Part shown: piece after piece, positions 62,984 to 64,000 of the stretch
Layout: each line of letters starts with the position of its first letter
How positions within the stretch are numbered: position 1 is the stretch's first letter
Source of the DNA: the human T2T-CHM13v2.0 reference genome, Homo sapiens
Length of the DNA stretch: 64,000 nt
Direction: 5' to 3' (one strand)
Assembly: GCF_009914755.1 (NCBI RefSeq)
Contig: NC_060925.1
Translations under genes and position numbers: made by a program
Notes under the pieces: model-generated
What the model was told of the DNA's origin: nothing
The model's database searches: none
What the model saw: only the letters and a program-made list of their open reading frames with translations

Positions 62984-64000
62984 ATGTGTCTTTATAATAG
63001 AAAAATTCATGTTCCTTTGGGTATACACCAAGTAATAGGATTGCTAGGTTGAATGGTATCTATATTTAGGTCTTTGAGGAGTTGCCATACTGTCTTCCAC
63101 AATGGTTGAACTAATTTACACTCCCACCAACAGTGTATAAGTGTTCCTTTTTCTCCACAAACTTGCTAGCATGTTATTTTTTGACTTTTTAATAATAGCC
63201 ATTTTTATGGGTATGAGATGGTATCCCATTGTGGTTTTGATTTGTATTTCTCTAATGATAAGTGATGTTGAGCTTTTTTCCATATGATTGTTGGCCACAT
63301 GTATGGCATGTCTTCTTTTGAAAAGTGTCTGTTCATGTCCTTTGCCCACTTTTTAATAGGGTTGTTTGGGATCTTTTTCTTGTAAATTTGTTTAAGGTTT
63401 TTATAGATGCTGGATATTAGACTTTTGTCAGATGCATAGTTTGCAAACATTTTCTCCTATTCAGTAGGCTGTCTGTTCACTCTGTTGATAGTTTCCTTTG
63501 CTGTACAAAAGCCCTTTAGTTTAATAGATCCTACTTGTCACACATGTATGCATATGTTCACTATAGCATATATTCACAATGGCAAAGACATGGAGTCAAC
63601 TTAAATGACCATCAATGGTAGACTGAATAAAGAAAATATAGTACATATACACCATGGAATCCTATGCAGCCATAAAAAAGGAGATAATGTCCTTTGCAGG
63701 AACATGGGTGGAGCTGGAAGCTGTTATTCTTAGCAAACTAACACAGGTACAGAAAACCAAACATTGCATGTTCTCATTTATAAGTGGGCTCTAAATGATG
63801 AGAACACATGGGCACATAGAGGGGAACAACACACACTAGGACCTATCAGAGGGTAAAGGGTGGGAGGAGGGAGAGGATCAGGAAAAATAACTAATGGATA
63901 CTGGGTTTAATATCTGGGTGATGAAATAATCAGATAATAAACCCCCATGACTCAAGTTTACATATATAACAAACCTGCACATGTATCTCTGAACTTAAAA
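62984..64000 (+). mobile_element. Older L1PA (about L1PA11-16) with 5' inversion: 62984-63540 antisense, 63541-64000 sense
   Basis: Reverse ORF2 C-terminal sequence followed by sense ORF2 end and 3'UTR 'gggaggagggagaggatcaggaaaaataac…gaacttaaaa'. Confidence 0.92.

Overview
Primate genomic DNA, probably hominoid or human (AluY, L1PA4 and THE1 elements are present). The window is intergenic or deep intronic and dominated by transposable elements. I can support no host protein-coding exon, RNA gene or CpG island; every long ORF in the track is decayed LINE-1 or ERVL sequence, or low-complexity noise. Main contents: (1) an L1PA7/8-like element at the left edge with a ~2 kb internal deletion that fuses ORF1 in frame to the ORF2 RT region, plus a nested AluY; (2) a full-length ~6.15 kb L1PA4-like element with TSDs, YY1 site and the 129-bp ZNF93-target segment, but with ORF1, ORF2 and ORF0 all dead; (3) a deleted ERVL provirus (HERV16/ERV3-16A3 type) with LTR16 remnants at both ends; (4) a twin-primed, 5'-inverted L1 at the right edge; (5) many solo LTRs, Alus, MIR/L2 and DNA-transposon fossils, often nested; (6) several short apparently repeat-free islands with enhancer-like motifs. 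I did not find a supportable new biological system. The best leads are the in-frame ORF1-ORF2 fusion L1 (possibly spliced before insertion), a 47-bp locally templated insertion, and candidate enhancers. Subfamily names come from my recall of consensus sequences, and boundaries of old elements are approximate.
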